From Alphaproteobacteria bacterium (lineage in GTDB: Bacteria; Pseudomonadota; Alphaproteobacteria; CAAHEQ01; UBA3637), in assembly GCA_017539265.1 (NCBI GenBank), contig JAFYHG010000018.1, forward strand, positions 8,779-72,778: 64,000 nucleotides of DNA, given 5' to 3'. Position 1 is the first letter of the stretch. The number at the start of each line of letters is the position of its first letter. Under the pieces are notes generated by a model, which saw nothing but the letters and a program-made list of their open reading frames with translations, searched no databases and was not told the DNA's origin. Positions 30,368 to 41,249 of the stretch are shown piece after piece. The position numbers and the translations under genes were made by a program.

Positions 30368-32609
30368 AATTTAAACGAAACACTCTTTTTTTATCATAGT
30401 CAGTTTTCAAAATCGGATACGAGAAATCCAAGTTAATCATACCCATCGGCGATTGCCACAAAATACCCGTACCGACCGCCAATCTTGTTTTGTCCGAATA
30501 GACCATGGTATTCGGATTATAGTCATCAGGTTTACCGATCCAACCGGCATCCGAAAAGACCTTACCTTTGATGCCCAATTCTTTCGGGAGTCCCACCGGG
30601 AACACCAATTCCGCGGTTGTTGTCGCATACCACAGACCACCCAACGAGTCATCCGTTGCCCGATCCCGTGCGCCAACGCCACCGTACTCAAACCCGCGCA
30701 AAGACACATCACCTAAGAAATACCTGTCGTTAATCCGCACTTTCTTCCCCGAAAGGCCCCAAATCCGACCGGCATCACCGCGCAGAGATAAAACAACTTC
30801 CTCTGCAACTGAAAAATATTTGATTCCCGTCACGTTCACGCGGAAGAATTTTGAATCTCCGCCCAGACCTGCAATATCGGTTCCCAAAGATGTATAATAT
30901 CCGGTTGTCGGATTGATTCGGCTGTCCCGCCGATCATAGATTAGCTCTTGTCCCACCAAAGACACAACATTCTTTCCTTTTTGTTCTTTAATATAAAGGG
31001 ACGCATCACTATCCACATCGTTAATATCATCCTGGCGCAAAGTATATCTGGCCGTTTGACGGAAGTGGTCCGTATAATCCCAACCGAAACGAATGGTACC
31101 GCCCGTTGAATCATAGCTGTATGAACTGGAATCACTGTTATCCCGTGTGGTATGGAATAAGTCAATCCCCGCCGTCAGGTTCTTATCCAAAAAGTACGGA
31201 TTTGTTAAACCCACCGTATACTGTGTTTCTTTTTGCGACAACATCGCATTCACACCAAAAATATTCCCCGTTCCCAGAACATTTCGTTCCTGAATACCGG
31301 TTTCAAACATCATTCCGTCATAGGATGACCAACCGATTCCGACACTAAATGCACCGGTTGATTTTTCCGCCACATCCAAAACGGCATTCACTTTTGACGG
31401 ATCCCGCGTGGGTTCTGTTTTTAATTCCACACGACCGAAGTAATCCAAATCCTCTACACGTTGTTTCGACCGTCTGAGTTTTGCAGAGTTAAACGCATCA
31501 CCCTCTTTAATTCTAAATTCACGCCGAATCACCTTATCCAATGTTCGGGAATTTCCGTTAATTTGGATTTTATCGATAAAGACCTTTTGCCCTTCCGCAA
31601 TCTGGAATTTCACATCAACCGTTTTTGTTTTTTCGTCTTTTTTGAACTGCGGTTCCACTTCCGCAAAAGCATATCCTTGATTTTCTACCGCTTCGGTTAA
31701 TTCATCAACCGTCAAATCCACCTTTGATATATCAAAGATATCTTTTTCTTCAAATTCAATTAAATCAGACAATTTTTCTTTTTCTTCATATTCCGGCAAG
31801 GACACCTTCACTTCCGGCTTTCCGAAACGATATCTGTCACCTTCCGTTACATCGATTGTAATCACAAACCCTGATTTATCCGGCAATAATTCCGCAACGG
31901 CACTGTTGACTCTAAAGTCCACATAACCGTTTTGCATATAGAACCGCCGCAGCAATTCCTGATCATAATTCAACCTGTCCGGATCATATGTGTCCGTCGA
32001 TGTTAAGAACCGATACCAAGCTGCTTCTTTCGTCATCATTTTATCTTGAAGCACACTTTCCGAAAAAGCATTGTTTCCCGTGATATTGATTTTCCGAACC
32101 TCTGTCCGCGCACCTTCATCAATTTCAAAAACAACATCCACCCGATTTTGATCTTGCGGAATAATTTTCGGCGTTACCGTTGCCGCAAACCGACCGTTGC
32201 GCTTATAAACATCTACCAACCTTGCCGCATCACTTTGAAGTTTACGCTGTGTATAAACGGTTCTGGGTTTTAACACAATTTCCGTTTTCAGGGCATCATC
32301 ATCCATTTTACTATTGCCCTCAAAAAATACCCGATGAACAATCGGATTTTCCTCTACTTTAATCTTGGCGACACCCTTATCCAACCGAATGTCCACATCC
32401 GAAAAAAGACCTGTTGCAAACAATGTTTTCGTTGCGGCATCCACATCGGATTCCGATACATTTTGTCCTTTCTTCAGGCGCAGATAATTCATCACGGTTG
32501 CATCTTCGATCCGACGCGTCCCTTCAATGGAAATATCCTTTAAAACCTCGGCCATTGCCGGCGAAGTCATAGCTGAACAAAGCAGTAATAAAGCAATTTG
32601 TTTTCTCAT
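30351..32609 (-). CDS. bamA: Outer membrane protein assembly factor BamA
   Basis: It has a signal peptide, POTRA repeats and a C-terminal Omp85 beta-barrel (..RLNFGKGF). Confidence 0.9.
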   Translation of the reverse strand: MRKQIALLLLCSAMTSPAMAEVLKDISIEGTRRIEDATVMNYLRLKKGQNVSESDVDAATKTLFATGLFSDVDIRLDKGVAKIKVEENPIVHRVFFEGNSKMDDDALKTEIVLKPRTVYTQRKLQSDAARLVDVYKRNGRFAATVTPKIIPQDQNRVDVVFEIDEGARTEVRKINITGNNAFSESVLQDKMMTKEAAWYRFLTSTDTYDPDRLNYDQELLRRFYMQNGYVDFRVNSAVAELLPDKSGFVITIDVTEGDRYRFGKPEVKVSLPEYEEKEKLSDLIEFEEKDIFDISKVDLTVDELTEAVENQGYAFAEVEPQFKKDEKTKTVDVKFQIAEGQKVFIDKIQINGNSRTLDKVIRREFRIKEGDAFNSAKLRRSKQRVEDLDYFGRVELKTEPTRDPSKVNAVLDVAEKSTGAFSVGIGWSSYDGMMFETGIQERNVLGTGNIFGVNAMLSQKETQYTVGLTNPYFLDKNLTAGIDLFHTTRDNSDSSSYSYDSTGGTIRFGWDYTDHFRQTARYTLRQDDINDVDSDASLYIKEQKGKNVVSLVGQELIYDRRDSRINPTTGYYTSLGTDIAGLGGDSKFFRVNVTGIKYFSVAEEVVLSLRGDAGRIWGLSGKKVRINDRYFLGDVSLRGFEYGGVGARDRATDDSLGGLWYATTTAELVFPVGLPKELGIKGKVFSDAGWIGKPDDYNPNTMVYSDKTRLAVGTGILWQSPMGMINLDFSYPILKTDYDKKRVFRLNFGKGF

Positions 32610-33721
32610 TCCAACATCCTTTGTATAATACGGGGAATATCCAAAATAAAGGTATATCCCACCAGCCCCATCAAAATACTAAACCCGACCCACATAGCGG
32701 CATTTTGAACTTTCTCCGTTAAGGGTTTTCTCCGAATGGCCTCCAATAAATACAAGGCCAAATGCCCTCCGTCCAACAAAGGAATCGGCAAAAAGTTCAT
32801 AAACCCGACCGCAATGGATATCTGTGCGATAAAGAGCAATAAAGCCAAAGGTCCCCCTTGAAACGCATCACCGGAAGCCTCTGCAATCCCCAGCGGTCCC
32901 CGCATTTCTCGGGGTGCCCGGTGGTGAAACAGGACTTGTCCCAAATACATCAAAGTATCCCGTGTCATTATCCATGCTTCTTGGCTCGATTTGGCAAAAG
33001 CTTCAAAAAATCCGACATCCTTTTTCTTCATTTTATCTTTAATTTTGAAAAATTCCGTCCGAACACCTAACCGTGGAGCTTCCCCATCTTCCATGTATCG
33101 AGGTGTCCCTTTTACTATCACGGTTTCTCCGTCCCGATCAATCGTAATCGTCAATTCCTTCCCGAATTCGGTAACACGTATCTTTCTCGAAATATCGGAC
33201 CAATCTTCAACTTCCTCATCATTGATACGGGTAATCTGATCACCGGCCAAGATACCGATTTCTTCGGCAACGGATCCTTTTTCCACTTCCGTAATAATGG
33301 CCGGAATACTGGAACTGCCTGTAAAATAAATTATAAATCCTAATGTAATAATAGAGAACACATAATTTGTCGCCGGTCCTGCAAAAATAATTGCCGCCCG
33401 CTTCCATAATTTTTGCGCCATAAATGTATAAGGCCGCAATTTTTTAGGTACCTTATCCATCGACGATTTAGCACTGGCCGCATCCATATCGCCCAACATT
33501 TTAACATATCCGCCCAAGGGGATCAGACAAATTTTCCACCGTGTTCCTTTTTTATCCGTTCTGCCACACAATTCTTTTCCGAACCCGAGTGAGAATTCCT
33601 CCACCCGTACACCGCACCATCTGGCGACCATAAAGTGCCCGCCCTCATGCACCACCACTACCAATGACAACACAAGGATAAACGCAAAAATATAAAAACA
33701 CGCTAAAACAAAACTTTCCAT
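32606..33721 (-). CDS. rseP: RIP zinc metalloprotease RseP
   Basis: It has the HEGGH motif, a PDZ domain and several TM segments. Confidence 0.85.
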   Translation of the reverse strand: MESFVLACFYIFAFILVLSLVVVVHEGGHFMVARWCGVRVEEFSLGFGKELCGRTDKKGTRWKICLIPLGGYVKMLGDMDAASAKSSMDKVPKKLRPYTFMAQKLWKRAAIIFAGPATNYVFSIITLGFIIYFTGSSSIPAIITEVEKGSVAEEIGILAGDQITRINDEEVEDWSDISRKIRVTEFGKELTITIDRDGETVIVKGTPRYMEDGEAPRLGVRTEFFKIKDKMKKKDVGFFEAFAKSSQEAWIMTRDTLMYLGQVLFHHRAPREMRGPLGIAEASGDAFQGGPLALLLFIAQISIAVGFMNFLPIPLLDGGHLALYLLEAIRRKPLTEKVQNAAMWVGFSILMGLVGYTFILDIPRIIQRMLE

Positions 33722-33722
33722 T

Positions 33723-34553
33723 TTAATTCATCCATCCGTTAATAATAAAAGCCAACACAAAAGCCGTCGCACAAGAAGCAAACAAAAGCCCGTCCACCCG
33801 ATCAAAAAGACCGCCGTGTCCCGGTATTAAATCACTTGAATCTTTTAAATTCAGTTTCCGTTTAATTGCCGATTCAAAGAAGTCACCCACTTGTGCCACA
33901 ACCGCCAAAATACCGGCTGATACGACTAATTTCCACAAATAGTCATCTTCCGGTAATAATCGATACGCCTTTAAATACAAGGCAAATACATATGCCACCG
34001 CCATAGCAAACAAAATCGCTCCAAACAGTCCCGACCAAGTCTTTTTGGCACTAATTTTTGGGGCCAATTTCGGTCCGCCAACGGTTTTTCCCACTACAAA
34101 TCCGCCGATATCTGTTGCCCATACCACAAAAATCAACCACAAAACAATCTCCCGACTGACATTTTCATTGACATAGTAGATATAGCCCAATGACAACACC
34201 GGCAAACAAATATACGGCACACCCAAAGCAAATTTAAAATGTTTTGTAATGCCGAAAACAGAAGCCACACCCAATAAAATTAACCAAATACAAAACAGGG
34301 GATTGCCTTTGGCCATGAACGCGATTGAAATAGCGAAAAAAGTCATAACGACTTGTGCTGCGGCACCTTTCTTTTGAAACATTTTTCCCCATTCCCAAGA
34401 AAGCCCCTTTCCCAAAACAGCCAGTAAAAGAGGATACAAAGGAATATTATATTCCTCATAGACCATCTGCCCAAACCAAATCGGTGCCAGAACCATCGGC
34501 GCCAACGCAAGTGCCGACAAAACCCGCAAAGCCAAATTAGATTTCATAAGCAA
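33723..34553 (-). CDS. cdsA: Phosphatidate cytidylyltransferase
   Basis: It has the CdsA-family C-terminal signature (SAIKRKLNLKDSSDLIPGHGGLFDRVD). Confidence 0.8.
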   Translation of the reverse strand: MLMKSNLALRVLSALALAPMVLAPIWFGQMVYEEYNIPLYPLLLAVLGKGLSWEWGKMFQKKGAAAQVVMTFFAISIAFMAKGNPLFCIWLILLGVASVFGITKHFKFALGVPYICLPVLSLGYIYYVNENVSREIVLWLIFVVWATDIGGFVVGKTVGGPKLAPKISAKKTWSGLFGAILFAMAVAYVFALYLKAYRLLPEDDYLWKLVVSAGILAVVAQVGDFFESAIKRKLNLKDSSDLIPGHGGLFDRVDGLLFASCATAFVLAFIINGWMN

Positions 34554-34740
34554 TCATCCTTTCACATTACTTTCGTGATACTATTGCAGATTTTTCCCCC
34601 GCTGTCAAGTGTTATTCTATTTTATTCACTCGAAAAATTTTATATCCGAATATATCCACCAATACCCCACCCGCACATATGACTTTAGGGCAAACAAAAA
34701 AGGGAACCCATCGGGCTCCCTTTTTCTTTATCGGTTAGGA

Positions 34741-35661
34741 TTAACCGTTCATTTGTTTGGCAACTTCTGCGGCGAAATCTTCTTCTTTCTTTTCGATTCC
34801 TTCGCCCAAACCAAAGCGCACAAAAGCCGTCAATTTCACATCTGTTCCGACGGATTTTGCCAAATCGGCCACCACATCTTTAACCTTCTTGTCCGGATCC
34901 ATGATAAAGGCCTGTTCCAACAGGACCACTTCTTCATAGAATTTCCGCATCCGGCCTTCCACCATTTTTTCAATGATGGCCGCAGGTTTTCCGGAATTTT
35001 TAGCCTGTTCGCTATAGATTCCTTTTTCATGTTCAATCGTTGCCGCATCAACATCTGCCACCGCCAAAAAGCGCGGATTGGCCGCCGCAATATGCATGGC
35101 AATTTTCTTACCGGTTTCTTGTAACGCTGCTTGATCGCCCGTGCTTTCCAAAGCCACTAAAACACCAATCTTACCCATTCCCGATACCGTTGCCGTATGA
35201 ACATAGGGAACAACAACCCCTTGGTTCACCGACACATAACCGCTCCGACGCAGGTTCATGTTTTCACCGATTGTTGCAATCAAAGACGTTAAAGTATCCG
35301 AAACCGTTTTGCCGTTTAAATCGGCTGATTTAACGGCATCAACATCGCCTTTTTTCGCCAATGCAACCGTCATCACATCGCCCAAGAATTTTTGAAAGTC
35401 TGTATTTTTAGCCACAAAGTCTGTTTCGCTGTTGAGTTCCACCACAGCCCCTTCCAGACCTTTCACAATCACGCCGACAAGCCCTTGATTCGCTACCCGA
35501 CCGGCTTTCTTTTCGGCAACTGACATACCTTTTTTGCGCAAAAAGTCAATGGCGGCATCCAAATCACCATTTGTTTCCGACAGGGCTTTCTTGCACTCCA
35601 TCATACCGGCACCTGTTTTTTCGCGCAGTTCTTTAACTAAACCAGCTTTAATTTCTGACAT
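34741..35661 (-). CDS. tsf: Elongation factor Ts
   Basis: It has an N-terminal UBA-like region ([20 protein letters not shown]) and EF-Ts dimerisation domains. Confidence 0.9.
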   Translation of the reverse strand: MSEIKAGLVKELREKTGAGMMECKKALSETNGDLDAAIDFLRKKGMSVAEKKAGRVANQGLVGVIVKGLEGAVVELNSETDFVAKNTDFQKFLGDVMTVALAKKGDVDAVKSADLNGKTVSDTLTSLIATIGENMNLRRSGYVSVNQGVVVPYVHTATVSGMGKIGVLVALESTGDQAALQETGKKIAMHIAAANPRFLAVADVDAATIEHEKGIYSEQAKNSGKPAAIIEKMVEGRMRKFYEEVVLLEQAFIMDPDKKVKDVVADLAKSVGTDVKLTAFVRFGLGEGIEKKEEDFAAEVAKQMNG

Positions 35662-36208
35662 GTTGTTTTTCTCCTTTTGTTTGTTGTTGATTAATTTTTG
35701 TTTTTTTTCTTGAAATCAGAAGGGCCTGAATTTGTGTCTTACGATCGGCCAACAGTATTTCTGCAACCCGATAAGCCTGATGAGCCTGTTGTAAACAAAT
35801 CGCCCGTTCCAATATCGGATGATAGTTATAGTATTTAAAGGCTATTTTTGTCATTTCCGTTCTGCCATAGTTCCGTTTAGGACTTAAGGCCTTTACACAA
35901 ACCTGCTGTTCGGCCGGTGATAATCCCGCCGCGAACTGGCAATTTGTCTGATAATTCAAATCCTCTATACTGTCAAACCGTTTCCATTGTACTTCCCGCA
36001 ACTGTGGAAGAGGTCCCCGCAGTGTCCGCAAAGTAAAATGTTCCATATCCGGCGGAATATGGGCGACAAAAGTCTGCCCCGAACTCAGGCCAAACACATA
36101 GAATGAGCCACTCAATCCCGTTGAAAACAATTTTCTTTCCGATGCAGACGCCGGTTGCACAAAAGAAAGTGATGTCTTTAAAATTTTTCGGATTTGTTGC
36201 CCTTCCAT
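35648..36208 (-). CDS. Hypothetical protein, translationally coupled to tsf
   Basis: Its stop overlaps the tsf start by 14 bp. No family was recognised. Confidence 0.4.
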   Translation of the reverse strand: MEGQQIRKILKTSLSFVQPASASERKLFSTGLSGSFYVFGLSSGQTFVAHIPPDMEHFTLRTLRGPLPQLREVQWKRFDSIEDLNYQTNCQFAAGLSPAEQQVCVKALSPKRNYGRTEMTKIAFKYYNYHPILERAICLQQAHQAYRVAEILLADRKTQIQALLISRKKTKINQQQTKGEKQHVRN

Positions 36209-36223
36209 TATGTCCCCCTACAA

Positions 36224-36763
36224 TCACTCATATTGTTTCAGGTCATATGTTTGCCGCCGCATTGCCATAAAATCTTGCAGATTTTGTTCTGCCTGCACTT
36301 TTGCCTGCGACATTTTCAAGAAATTAGCCCAATGATGCACCAATTCCATGGTTGTTTTCAAAAGCGGCACACAATGATAATCCGGGAAAGGCACCCACCG
36401 TTTTTCCTTAATGGGATATGGTGTCAAAACTTGCTGATAGGCTTCTCTCGCTTGCGCCGAGCAAGTCGCCTGAAAAGAAATTTCCGTCTTCAAAGCCGCC
36501 GGATATCCGCAAAATCCCCGTGCATTTCTGTTTTTCCAGTGTATTTTTGTAACATCCGGAACTTGATTGTATTCGGCAATCGGTATAAACAGGTATCCCG
36601 ATTTTGAAATAATCCCCCGGTAAGCCTGTTGCTTCTCCAAGTAAAAATCTACTGTCAGTTGAGTCGTATCCCATTGGCGATTTTCCATCGAAACCACCGG
36701 GCTTTCCAATATCTGTTTAATGTTCGAATCCAACAGATACTCATTTTTTGATTTTCTAGCCAT
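36224..36763 (-). CDS. Hypothetical protein, paralog of 36756-37295
   Basis: It shares motifs with its neighbour (VLTPYPIKEKRWVPFPDYHCVPLL / QTYDLKQYE). Confidence 0.45.
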   Translation of the reverse strand: MARKSKNEYLLDSNIKQILESPVVSMENRQWDTTQLTVDFYLEKQQAYRGIISKSGYLFIPIAEYNQVPDVTKIHWKNRNARGFCGYPAALKTEISFQATCSAQAREAYQQVLTPYPIKEKRWVPFPDYHCVPLLKTTMELVHHWANFLKMSQAKVQAEQNLQDFMAMRRQTYDLKQYE

Positions 36764-37295
36764 ATTGCCTCAGATCATAAGTTGCTTGTTTCAATGCTAA
36801 AATATCGGTCAAATTTTGATTCGCCTTCTTGGCAATCAGATCCATTTGAACTTTTTTCTCATAGGCATGTCGAACCTTAAATGCCGTCTGAAGCATCGGC
36901 ACATACCGATAAATCGGATACGGCCGCCAATCTTTTTCTTCAACTTCACGCGGTGTTAAGATTCTTTCATAAGCTTCTTTATCTACCTCTGATACCTTTT
37001 TGCTCAACACAACTTCGGTATCAAAACCGCTGCCGCGACCGCCGAAACCCATTCTATATGATTTCCACAGGATTTTCTGGAGTTCCGGCAATTGATTCTG
37101 CTCTGCATCAGCAGAAAACTGATATCCTTTTTCATTCCACAAAACACGGAATTTTTGTTTGCTTGACAGATAAAAATCCGCTTCCCACCATAAACCAATA
37201 TGGGGATCAACCGTTGACTGAAAATTTTCAATTTTGACAACTTCAGCGTTTAGTATTTTCTCGGCATTAGGCGTCATTTGAAGGTATCCTTTCAT
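36756..37295 (-). CDS. Hypothetical protein, paralog of 36224-36763
   Basis: It carries ILTPREVEEKDWRPYPIYRYVPML / ATYDLRQYG. Its stop overlaps the next gene's start by 8 bp. Confidence 0.45.
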   Translation of the reverse strand: MKGYLQMTPNAEKILNAEVVKIENFQSTVDPHIGLWWEADFYLSSKQKFRVLWNEKGYQFSADAEQNQLPELQKILWKSYRMGFGGRGSGFDTEVVLSKKVSEVDKEAYERILTPREVEEKDWRPYPIYRYVPMLQTAFKVRHAYEKKVQMDLIAKKANQNLTDILALKQATYDLRQYG

Positions 37296-37337
37296 TCAAA
37301 AGGGGAAGAAGGTGTGCCCCCTTCCCCTTTTTTTATT

Positions 37338-38105
37338 TTATTCTGCCTTTGCTTCCGCAGGGGCTTCTGCCGGCACTTCTGCTGCCGCACCGACATCAAC
37401 GCCGGCCGCTTTTAATTCGGCTTGAATACCGTCTAAAACAGCACCGGAAACCAAATCGCAATAGAGGTTAATTGCTCTCAAGGCATCATCATTCCCCGGT
37501 ACCGGATAGGCAATCCCGTCCGGATTCGCATTAGAATCGCAAATCGCAACCACGGGGATCCCTAATTTTTGGGCTTCCGCAATGGCCAATTGTTCCTTGG
37601 GCACATCGATTACAAAGATAATGTCCGGACGACCGTTCATATCTTGAATACCACCTAATGAGGCAAACAATTTTTCGCGTTCGCGTTCCATGTTCAATTT
37701 TTCTTTTTTGGTAAAACCGTTCAATTCGCCTTTGGCGATTTTAGAATCGATTTCTTTTAAGCGTTTAATACTGGAAGAAATGGTTTTCCAGTTCGTGAGC
37801 ATACCACCCAACCAACGGTGATTCACAAAGAATTGGCCGCAACGTTTTGCTGCTTGTTCAATCGGTTCTTGGGCTTGTTCTTTAGTTCCCACAAACAAAA
37901 CCTTGCCACCTTTGGCCGCGACATCGCGGATGGCTTCCAAGGCCCGATACAACATCGGAACTGATTGTGTTAAATCCATGATATGCACGCCTTCACGTGT
38001 TCCATAGATATATTGCCCCATTTTCGGGTTCCAGCGGCGCGCATTGTGCCCGAAATGGACACCCGCTTCAATAAGTTGACGCATAGATATAGTCGGAAGA
38101 GTCAT
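37338..38105 (-). CDS. rpsB: 30S ribosomal protein S2
   Basis: The full-length S2 starts [20 protein letters not shown]. Confidence 0.95.
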   Translation of the reverse strand: MTLPTISMRQLIEAGVHFGHNARRWNPKMGQYIYGTREGVHIMDLTQSVPMLYRALEAIRDVAAKGGKVLFVGTKEQAQEPIEQAAKRCGQFFVNHRWLGGMLTNWKTISSSIKRLKEIDSKIAKGELNGFTKKEKLNMEREREKLFASLGGIQDMNGRPDIIFVIDVPKEQLAIAEAQKLGIPVVAICDSNANPDGIAYPVPGNDDALRAINLYCDLVSGAVLDGIQAELKAAGVDVGAAAEVPAEAPAEAKAE

Positions 38106-38714
38106 TTTAATATCCTTTCTTTTTCCGGTTAAACCTCAGTGGGGCAGAGCATCAATGAACCTTCATCGACACCGGAAGCGTTGTTTTCTCGGGAACTCCC
38201 CGAAATAAGCGCTTTCCCCACATGTGAATTTTGCCGTTTTTGTAAACGACGGTTGCTCTTATACACTATTTTTCCCCAAAAGTCAAGCATTATTTACACC
38301 TAACTCCAACCTTTTTCCATACGTAAAGTTTTCTGTTTTAGGCGCTAAAAAAGCCCCGTCAAAAGGGGCTTTATTACAAACTGGCGCGCCCGGCAGGAGC
38401 TTGGGGGGAAAGCAAAATAACCCACTGGATCAGTTGAAAAATTTTCAGGCAATATTTGAGGGTTTTCAGAAAGTGTCCAGGGGATGACAAGGGGTGATAG
38501 ATGAACAAATTTCTTGATGTATTTCAAGGGTAATTTCATATAAGGATAAAACTGTATTTTTGACACCTGTCTTATAAAAACAAGTTGGGCAAAAGGGCAT
38601 TTGTCAAAGATACATCAAAAGACGTCTTGTGGTAATGGCTTGCACCTCTTTATAAAACCTTTTCCAATACATCTTATTTTTTAAACGCTCTAAAAAACAT
38701 TATATTGTGATATG

Positions 38715-39563
38715 TTAGTCAGCATCATAGGTCCATTGACCATTTCTTAATTCAAATTTATCTAGATTAAATTTGACAGTACAATTTCCTTCAGGATCAC
38801 AACCGCCTGATATATTATTAAGATTCTTGATTTTTATATCTGTTATTATCGGAAAACGGTAGTAAAATACTTTTATTTTAAATGTAACCAGACCGGTCTC
38901 ATCTCCTAACATATTCTCAATGTAATCTAACGCCTTATCTTTTGGAAGATTTAGTTTGAAAATATCATATCTTTTTGCTTTATCCAATTTGATGTTAATG
39001 GCAACCGAGGAAGCATAATTTAGTATTGTATCTGCTAGATAATTCGCCCATAATCTATTATACTGATTTTCAAATAGCGTTTTAATCTCTTTTAAATCCT
39101 GATTCTCTTTTTTAAACTGGTACAAAGAAAGCAAAGTGTTCAGATTTTTTATCAATGGTTCTCCTTTACTAAAAATTTTAACTAATTCTTCCGTACTTTC
39201 AAAAGGATAATCTTTCTTTTCTAGAGAAAAACGGTGCAAGGCTGATTCAATGGCGGCATAATAGAGAACATGGTTCAATACCGTATTTACACAAGATTGA
39301 TACCTTTTCCCCTTTGTGAGGCATTGCTCTACTCTTGTTTTGATCTTTGCAGAGTCATAAGCTTTATCTATTGCCACAAGAGTTTCTTCTACCGTATCAG
39401 CATTCATTGTACCATCAATAATTTCTTGGGTGAGTTCCAATAATTTTGTTCTAAAATTAGAAATGGATTCTATTTGTTGACTTGTCATATCAAGGGCGTA
39501 ACTTTTACTTGTCATCAATACAAAAGTAATGACCAGAGCTAAGGATATTTTTATTTTAGACAT
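38715..39563 (-). CDS. Hypothetical secreted protein
   Basis: It has a signal peptide (MSKIKISLALVITFVLMTSKSYA). Confidence 0.5.
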   Translation of the reverse strand: MSKIKISLALVITFVLMTSKSYALDMTSQQIESISNFRTKLLELTQEIIDGTMNADTVEETLVAIDKAYDSAKIKTRVEQCLTKGKRYQSCVNTVLNHVLYYAAIESALHRFSLEKKDYPFESTEELVKIFSKGEPLIKNLNTLLSLYQFKKENQDLKEIKTLFENQYNRLWANYLADTILNYASSVAINIKLDKAKRYDIFKLNLPKDKALDYIENMLGDETGLVTFKIKVFYYRFPIITDIKIKNLNNISGGCDPEGNCTVKFNLDKFELRNGQWTYDAD

Positions 39564-39566
39564 ATT

Positions 39567-41249
39567 CTAATCCTTTCCGATACAATAAGATTCTGTACCA
39601 TATTCATGTCTTTCTCTTCTTATTTTACGATTTTGGCACATATTACATTGTTCTTCTGCTCCTGTTACATTAAGCCTTGCCAGTCCAATACCATAGTCTC
39701 CTTTGGAATCACAAGAATAACAGTGTGCAAAACCATAGCTTACTTCTAAAATGGGTTTTTCTTCCGGACACGGAATCATACAATATCTTCCGATTAATTT
39801 TCGATTTGGACAAAGCTTACAGTTATTCGTTACACCCTCAAGATCTACTAAATTACTTCCATCATTGCATGCAAAACATTCACCATTTTTATCTCTTAAA
39901 GGTTTATCAGGGGGGCATGACTTTAGGATGCTGTATTTTTCAACAATTTCTCTTTCCGTTTCACAAGCATTAGAGATATTTCCATTTACTTCAATTTTTA
40001 CAGGGGCTGAACAAGCATAGCAGTTACCATCGATATCTACTTGGGGTTTATCTGTTGGACATAATACACAACTGTTCCCCGTATCTAAAACAATTCTATT
40101 AGGACAGATCTGACACACCTCTGCAGCAGCAACACGAATACGAGCAATTTCATCACATGAATGACATTCTCCAACTTCATCCCTAAGGGGTTTATCCTTT
40201 GGACATGTTAAGATACAAATATCGCTATATTTTGTGTGGACAGAATACCTGTTGGGGCACACAGAACAATTTGGTGAGTCAATAGATCTGTTTGCTTCAT
40301 TTTCATCACAAGGATGGCAACGTCCTTCCTTATCGGCCAAAGGTTTGTCCTGTGGACACGGGAGAGAACAGAGATTTCCATACATAATACGGTTTGAACA
40401 TAATTGGCATGTTTGCTCATCGGTTTTTAATTTTTCATCGGTTTCACAATCATAGCATCCTGCGTTTACTCTCATTGGCTTATCAGATGGGCAAGTTTCC
40501 AAAATACATCCATTTTTGTAATCGTATATTCTCTCAGGATATAAAGCACATTGTTGTTTTTGAAAATCTATATTTTCTCTCGCTACATAGGCCCTCAAAG
40601 ATTCTTCTTCGTTTTTAGGTTCCATAAACGTAATAGGTAAAGGATCATCAGTGGCACGACAACCACCATTGCTATCGCGAATTGGGAAGTCTTTTGGACA
40701 TTCCCCCTTTAAAAAACAAATATTCCCGTTTAGTTCACGGTTTGCACATTGTAAACAATTACTTCGTTCATAACTTTGACGGAAGCCTAAATCCAATGCA
40801 GCAGGATCATCACATGAAAAACATTTAAATTCTCTTGTTCGTTCATCAACAATCACTTTAATTGGCTTTTCTTCAGGACAACCGAATGTGCAGGTACCTG
40901 TGGCTCCATCGTTATCTTCAAAAAATTGTGTTCCGGGAATTTGGGCACATTCCCAGTCCGTAAGACCATAAGCATCTTCTCTGGAACAAGCATTATAACC
41001 ACTACCTCTTAAAGGATTGTCTGGTGGACATTCTTTCAGAATACAGTGACCATACTCATCCAATTTTCTATTTGAGCATATGCTTGAGCACTCTTGATTG
41101 TAAACCCCGCGTAGTGTATCACAGGAAAAACATTCCCTATTGTACTCCGCTAATGGTTTATCTGGTGGACAAACAATAGGTTCTTTTTCAGCCATTGCAA
41201 AAGAAGGCATCATTATTGATATAAGTAAAAATAAGGTTGTTTTTTTCAT
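39567..41249 (-). CDS. Secreted cysteine-rich repeat protein (about 10 repeats with CP.DKPL.D..G.C..CD cores)
   Basis: It has a signal peptide. The translation shows about 10 repeats of 45-55 aa with conserved Cys spacing. Confidence 0.55.
   Translation of the reverse strand: MKKTTLFLLISIMMPSFAMAEKEPIVCPPDKPLAEYNRECFSCDTLRGVYNQECSSICSNRKLDEYGHCILKECPPDNPLRGSGYNACSREDAYGLTDWECAQIPGTQFFEDNDGATGTCTFGCPEEKPIKVIVDERTREFKCFSCDDPAALDLGFRQSYERSNCLQCANRELNGNICFLKGECPKDFPIRDSNGGCRATDDPLPITFMEPKNEEESLRAYVARENIDFQKQQCALYPERIYDYKNGCILETCPSDKPMRVNAGCYDCETDEKLKTDEQTCQLCSNRIMYGNLCSLPCPQDKPLADKEGRCHPCDENEANRSIDSPNCSVCPNRYSVHTKYSDICILTCPKDKPLRDEVGECHSCDEIARIRVAAAEVCQICPNRIVLDTGNSCVLCPTDKPQVDIDGNCYACSAPVKIEVNGNISNACETEREIVEKYSILKSCPPDKPLRDKNGECFACNDGSNLVDLEGVTNNCKLCPNRKLIGRYCMIPCPEEKPILEVSYGFAHCYSCDSKGDYGIGLARLNVTGAEEQCNMCQNRKIRRERHEYGTESYCIGKD

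Noticed and set aside
34609-35124. A 171-aa ORF antisense to tsf, and the small ORFs 34757-34939 and 34836-35102.
   Set aside because: They overlap a well-supported EF-Ts gene, are Cys/His/Phe-rich and have no RBS, so they are spurious.
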